DNA of 64,000 bases from Ranitomeya imitator (lineage: Eukaryota): contig NC_091286.1 of the NCBI RefSeq assembly GCF_032444005.1, positions 51,274,001-51,338,000 on the forward strand, given 5' to 3'. The stretch's first letter is position 1. Each line of letters begins with the position of its first letter. The translations under genes and the position numbers were made by a program. The notes under the pieces are model-generated. The model saw only the letters and a program-made list of their open reading frames with translations, was not told the DNA's origin and made no database searches. Positions 60,062 to 64,000 of the stretch are shown here, piece after piece.

Positions 60062-62174
60062 TTTAAAAAGATCATTGTTTTGAGCAGCAAATCATCCTAT
60101 GACAGGACATTTGCTGCTGTGAACAATAGCAGCCTATGTATGATCAATAATGGATCATTGACGGCGCAGTCTGCCTGTGTCAACAAGCTACTAAATAACT
60201 GCCAATCAGCAAATACATATCGATCATTTAATGCCACATATTTTCTATTGTAAATGTTCCCTTATTCGCAGCTATTCTTTTTTTACAATGTTAATTCTCA
60301 TCTAAAACAAATAATTAGTCTCTGCTCTTTTTTATCCAGACTGCTGCTGAATTTTGGCACAATTTGCTAAATGAGATAACCAATTTGCAAAAGGTATATA
60401 GATAATGGCGTGGGCACAATAGAATTTCAACTCTATAATCTACAAAAAAATGTGTCCTACACTGATTACAGAAAAATATAATTCTATCAAATCTCATTAC
60501 AACACATTAAATAAATATTATTATTAAAAATTAGGGAAATTACATTAAATAAAACATCCGTGGTTTGTGGTTTATAAAAATTAAATACAAAATATCGTAT
60601 ATGTAATGTATAGAACCAACCACTTTTAAATTAAATTTGTTTAGAATGTGTTTTAGTCATATAAATATTTTAAATACTTTTGTATAGTAAGACACTCGTG
60701 GTGAAATATTTGGTATATCATATTTATATGTGGTTATTAATGTACACTATTGATTTTTGGGTACCCTTATAATAGGGACGTGCATATGATTTTTTCCTTT
60801 TTTCACCCTTTTTTGTTTGTTATTTCATATCACACTTTGTTTTTTTATCACTTACCAGATAATTTCTTTGGCAGCGTATCTGCTGTGCCCCATGTTCCGG
60901 TGCGCTTCTATCATTGCCTTGTCTTGGTCGGATGACATGCGGCTTGGCGCCAGCCGCTGCTGATGACCTGTTCATGGGTGATGGGATTCAGCGCTGCGCA
61001 TCTTGGGTATAGGGTTTGCGTAAGCGCGATGGCGGAATATGCAAGTGGCTGTTGCCGGTCATGTGACCGGAGCTGCCGGGTATTTAATGCCGATGTGTAT
61101 TCATTGAGACCACGCCCCCTTGAGGAAGCGACAATCATGCTCGCGAAACGTGCGTCTGGCTGAGTGGTCGCCCCAGGACTGGACTGAAGCAGAGACACCA
61201 TCATGGGTAATTAACCCTTTATTTAGTTTATGTTTGTGTATTTCTCTGAAACAGCGCTGCACTATGAGAAACGTACTGTGTCCTTTTTTCTCTTAGCTAA
61301 TTGTATGGCTTAACTAGCATTTTGCTATTACTTTTTCCTATTGAACTAGGATTGTGAGCCTATATGCTGCAAGCTAGTGTATTTGACACATTGTTCATGT
61401 AGATATAATTTTCAGTGCTGTGTTACATTTGTCCTGGTTGACGGCCGCTCTATTTTGTCACCTGTTAGGATCAATCTCTATGAATATGACATTTAATTAA
61501 ATATTGTATTTATTTATTTATTTATATAATCTCTGTATTATGTGGACTATTTCATTTTTTTGACATAATTAAATAATAGCATTTTAATATATGAAAACTC
61601 TAGTTCTCCTATTTTTTCATTTTCAAAATATCGTATATGTCCAACAGTTAATAGCTATAATGTGCAATTTAATGATGCATATGGTATGTTGTTAACTTAA
61701 AAATATATCATATAGGAACAGGTGGTTAAACTCCATATAAGCATGGGCAGTCAGGGAAAAATTGTATCAAGATAAAGACTAGTTTTGAACCACCTCCCTA
61801 GTGTTTGGGTTCGATTCGTCGAACAGGGAGGTGTTCGCCGAACTGTTTGTCGAACGTTCGACGAACACCGTCGAACCCCATTGAAACCAATGGCAGGCAA
61901 ACACAAACACATACGAACACATGGAAAACACATAGAAAACACCTTAAAAGGTGTCCAAAAGCTGACAAACTGCTCAGGAGACACAACAAACATGGAAAAG
62001 TCACAACTACATATAGTCATGCGAAAAGAAAAGAGGTGAAGGAGTAAAAGGAGGAGGAGACACAGATATAGGCATATCATGCCCTTCTAAAATCAAGAAA
62101 GGCTGGAGTAAAAATCTAAACTCACTCTACCAACACCCAGACGTCTTGACAAAAAAAAGAAAAAAAGAAATATC

Positions 62175-62679
62175 TTTAGGTAGAATGGTGGCGGGTCCAT
62201 TCAGAACACTTTCCTTAGAAGACGTATTGGTACCCCCGTTGGGAGTTGTGCCAAAAAAATGAACCCAATACATTCAGACTAATCCACCATTTGTCATATC
62301 CAAGGGGCAGGTCAGTAAACAATAACATCGACGCGGAACCAAGTACAGTACTATGTACTGTACCTCCTTTGACGAGGCAATCAGGCGGGTCAAGAGGTTG
62401 GTAAGGGGCACCCTAATGGCCAAAACAGACATTGAGGGGGCGTTCCGGTTACTACCTGTGCCTCCGAATAGTGTCCTCCCATTGGGCTGCTTCTGTGAAG
62501 GAGCATACTACATAGATCGCTGTTTGCCCATGAGGTGCTCCATATTATTTGAGGCGTTTAGTTGCTTCCTTGAATGTGTCGTCATGGACGTTTGTAAGGC
62601 GGCACATATTATCCTTTACCTCGACGACTTCTTTTGCCTTGGCCCAAAAGATTCGCCACAGTGTGAAAACATGTGGTAG
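62175..62679 (+). mobile_element. DIRS-order (Ngaro-like) retrotransposon RT fragment
   Basis: AGPF..PLGVVPKK, Y.SFDEA, MAKTDIEGAFRLLPV, YIDRCLPM, YLDDF. Confidence 0.85.
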
Positions 62680-62749
62680 TCCACCTGTGAGAAGGAGAGA
62701 GCTGGAGGGAGAGTGGACACCCCAGAGCCGAGGGGTTAGATTGAGAAAG

Positions 62750-64000
62750 AAAGAAGGCAGTGTAGCTTGCTTCATAGGTGGGGTATGCTATCACTAATTT
62801 CTACTAGGCTCAAATGGATTTCCTGGGCTAAATGCCGTTACAGAATAGTAGTTAGGTAAACAGGCGGTGTAGCTTGCTTCATGAGTGGGGTACGCTGCTG
62901 AGTATCACTAAATTCTACTAGACCCAAAAGGATTTCCTGGGCTAGATGCCATTACAAAATAGTAGATAGGTAAACAGGTGGTGTAGCATGCTTCATGGGT
63001 GGGGTACGCTGCTGAGTATCACTAAATTCTACTAGGCGCAAACGGATTTCCTGGGCTAGATGTCGGTACAAAATAATAGTTAGGTATAAAGGTGGTGCAG
63101 CTTGCTTCATGGGTGGGGTACGCTGCTGTGCATCACTAAATTCTACTAGGCCCAAAAGGATTTCCTGGGCTAGATGCCGTTACAAAATAATAGTTAGGTA
63201 AACAGGCGGTATAGCTTGCTTCATGGGTGGGGTACGCTGCTGAGTATCACTAAATTCTACTAGGCCCAAATGGATTTCCTGGGCTAGATGCCGTTGCAAA
63301 ATAGTAGTTAGGTAAACAGGCGGTGTAGCTTGCTTCATGGGTGGGGTACTCTGCTGAGTAGCACAAAATGCCATTAGGTATAAAACGATTTCCTGGGCTA
63401 GATGCAGTTAAAAATTAGTATTTACATCAACAGGCGGTGTAGCTTGCTTCATGGGTGGGGTACGCTGCTGAGTATCAGTAAATTCTACTAGGCCCAAACG
63501 GATTTCCTGGGCTAGACGCCATTACAAAATAGTAGTTAGGTAAACAGGCCGTGTAGCTTGCTTCATGGATGGGATACTCTGCTGAGTAGCACAAAATGCT
63601 ATTAGGTACAAAACGATTACCTGGGCTAGATGCAGTCAAAATTTAGTAATTAGATCAACAGGCGGTGCAGCTTGCTTCATGGGTGGGGTACGCTGCTGAG
63701 CATCACTAAATTCTACTAGGCCCAAATGGATTTCCTTGGCTAGATGCCGTTACAAAATAGTAGTTAGGTAAACAGGCGGTGTAGCTTGCTTCATGGGTGG
63801 GGTACGCTGCTGAGTATCACTAAATAATACTAGGTCTAAACGGATTTCCTGGGCTAGATGCCGTTACAAAACAGTAGTTAGGTAAACAGGCAATGTAGCT
63901 TGCTTCGTGGGTGGGGTACTCTGCTGAGTAGCACAAAATGCTATTAGATACAAAACGATTTCCTGGGCTAGATGCAGTTAAAAATTAGTAATTAGATCAA
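62750..64000. repeat. Satellite, 114-bp unit, at least 11 copies, runs off the window
   Basis: Homologous positions at 62869, 62983 and 63097 (period 114); two unit variants. Confidence 0.97.

Overview
Eukaryotic, repeat-saturated vertebrate DNA; the repeat types suggest a large-genome frog (inference). There is no prokaryotic content, rRNA, tRNA gene or CRISPR array. The main feature is a near-intact Ty3/Gypsy chromovirus (6956-12777; two 813-bp LTRs about 98% identical; gag-PR-RT-RNaseH-IN-chromodomain broken by one frameshift). Its primer-binding site is not tRNA-like but is complementary to the LTR sequence 29 nt downstream of the TATA box, which is the signature of Tf1/sushi-type self-priming. 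The element is flanked by a 6-bp direct repeat. The rest is decayed or nested TEs: two Penelope-like RT elements, several Tc1/mariner remnants, TTAA-targeting Kolobok/T2-like and piggyBac-like non-autonomous elements, hAT, L1, L2, CR1, a V-SINE, a DIRS/Ngaro RT fragment and solo LTRs. There are also five satellites (about 30, 85, 23, 44 and 114-bp units) and several long palindromes, one carrying hammerhead-ribozyme cores on both strands. A few isolated splice-site-bounded open frames may be exons of an unidentified host gene, but I could not recognise the protein. All coordinates and counts were read by eye and should be confirmed computationally.
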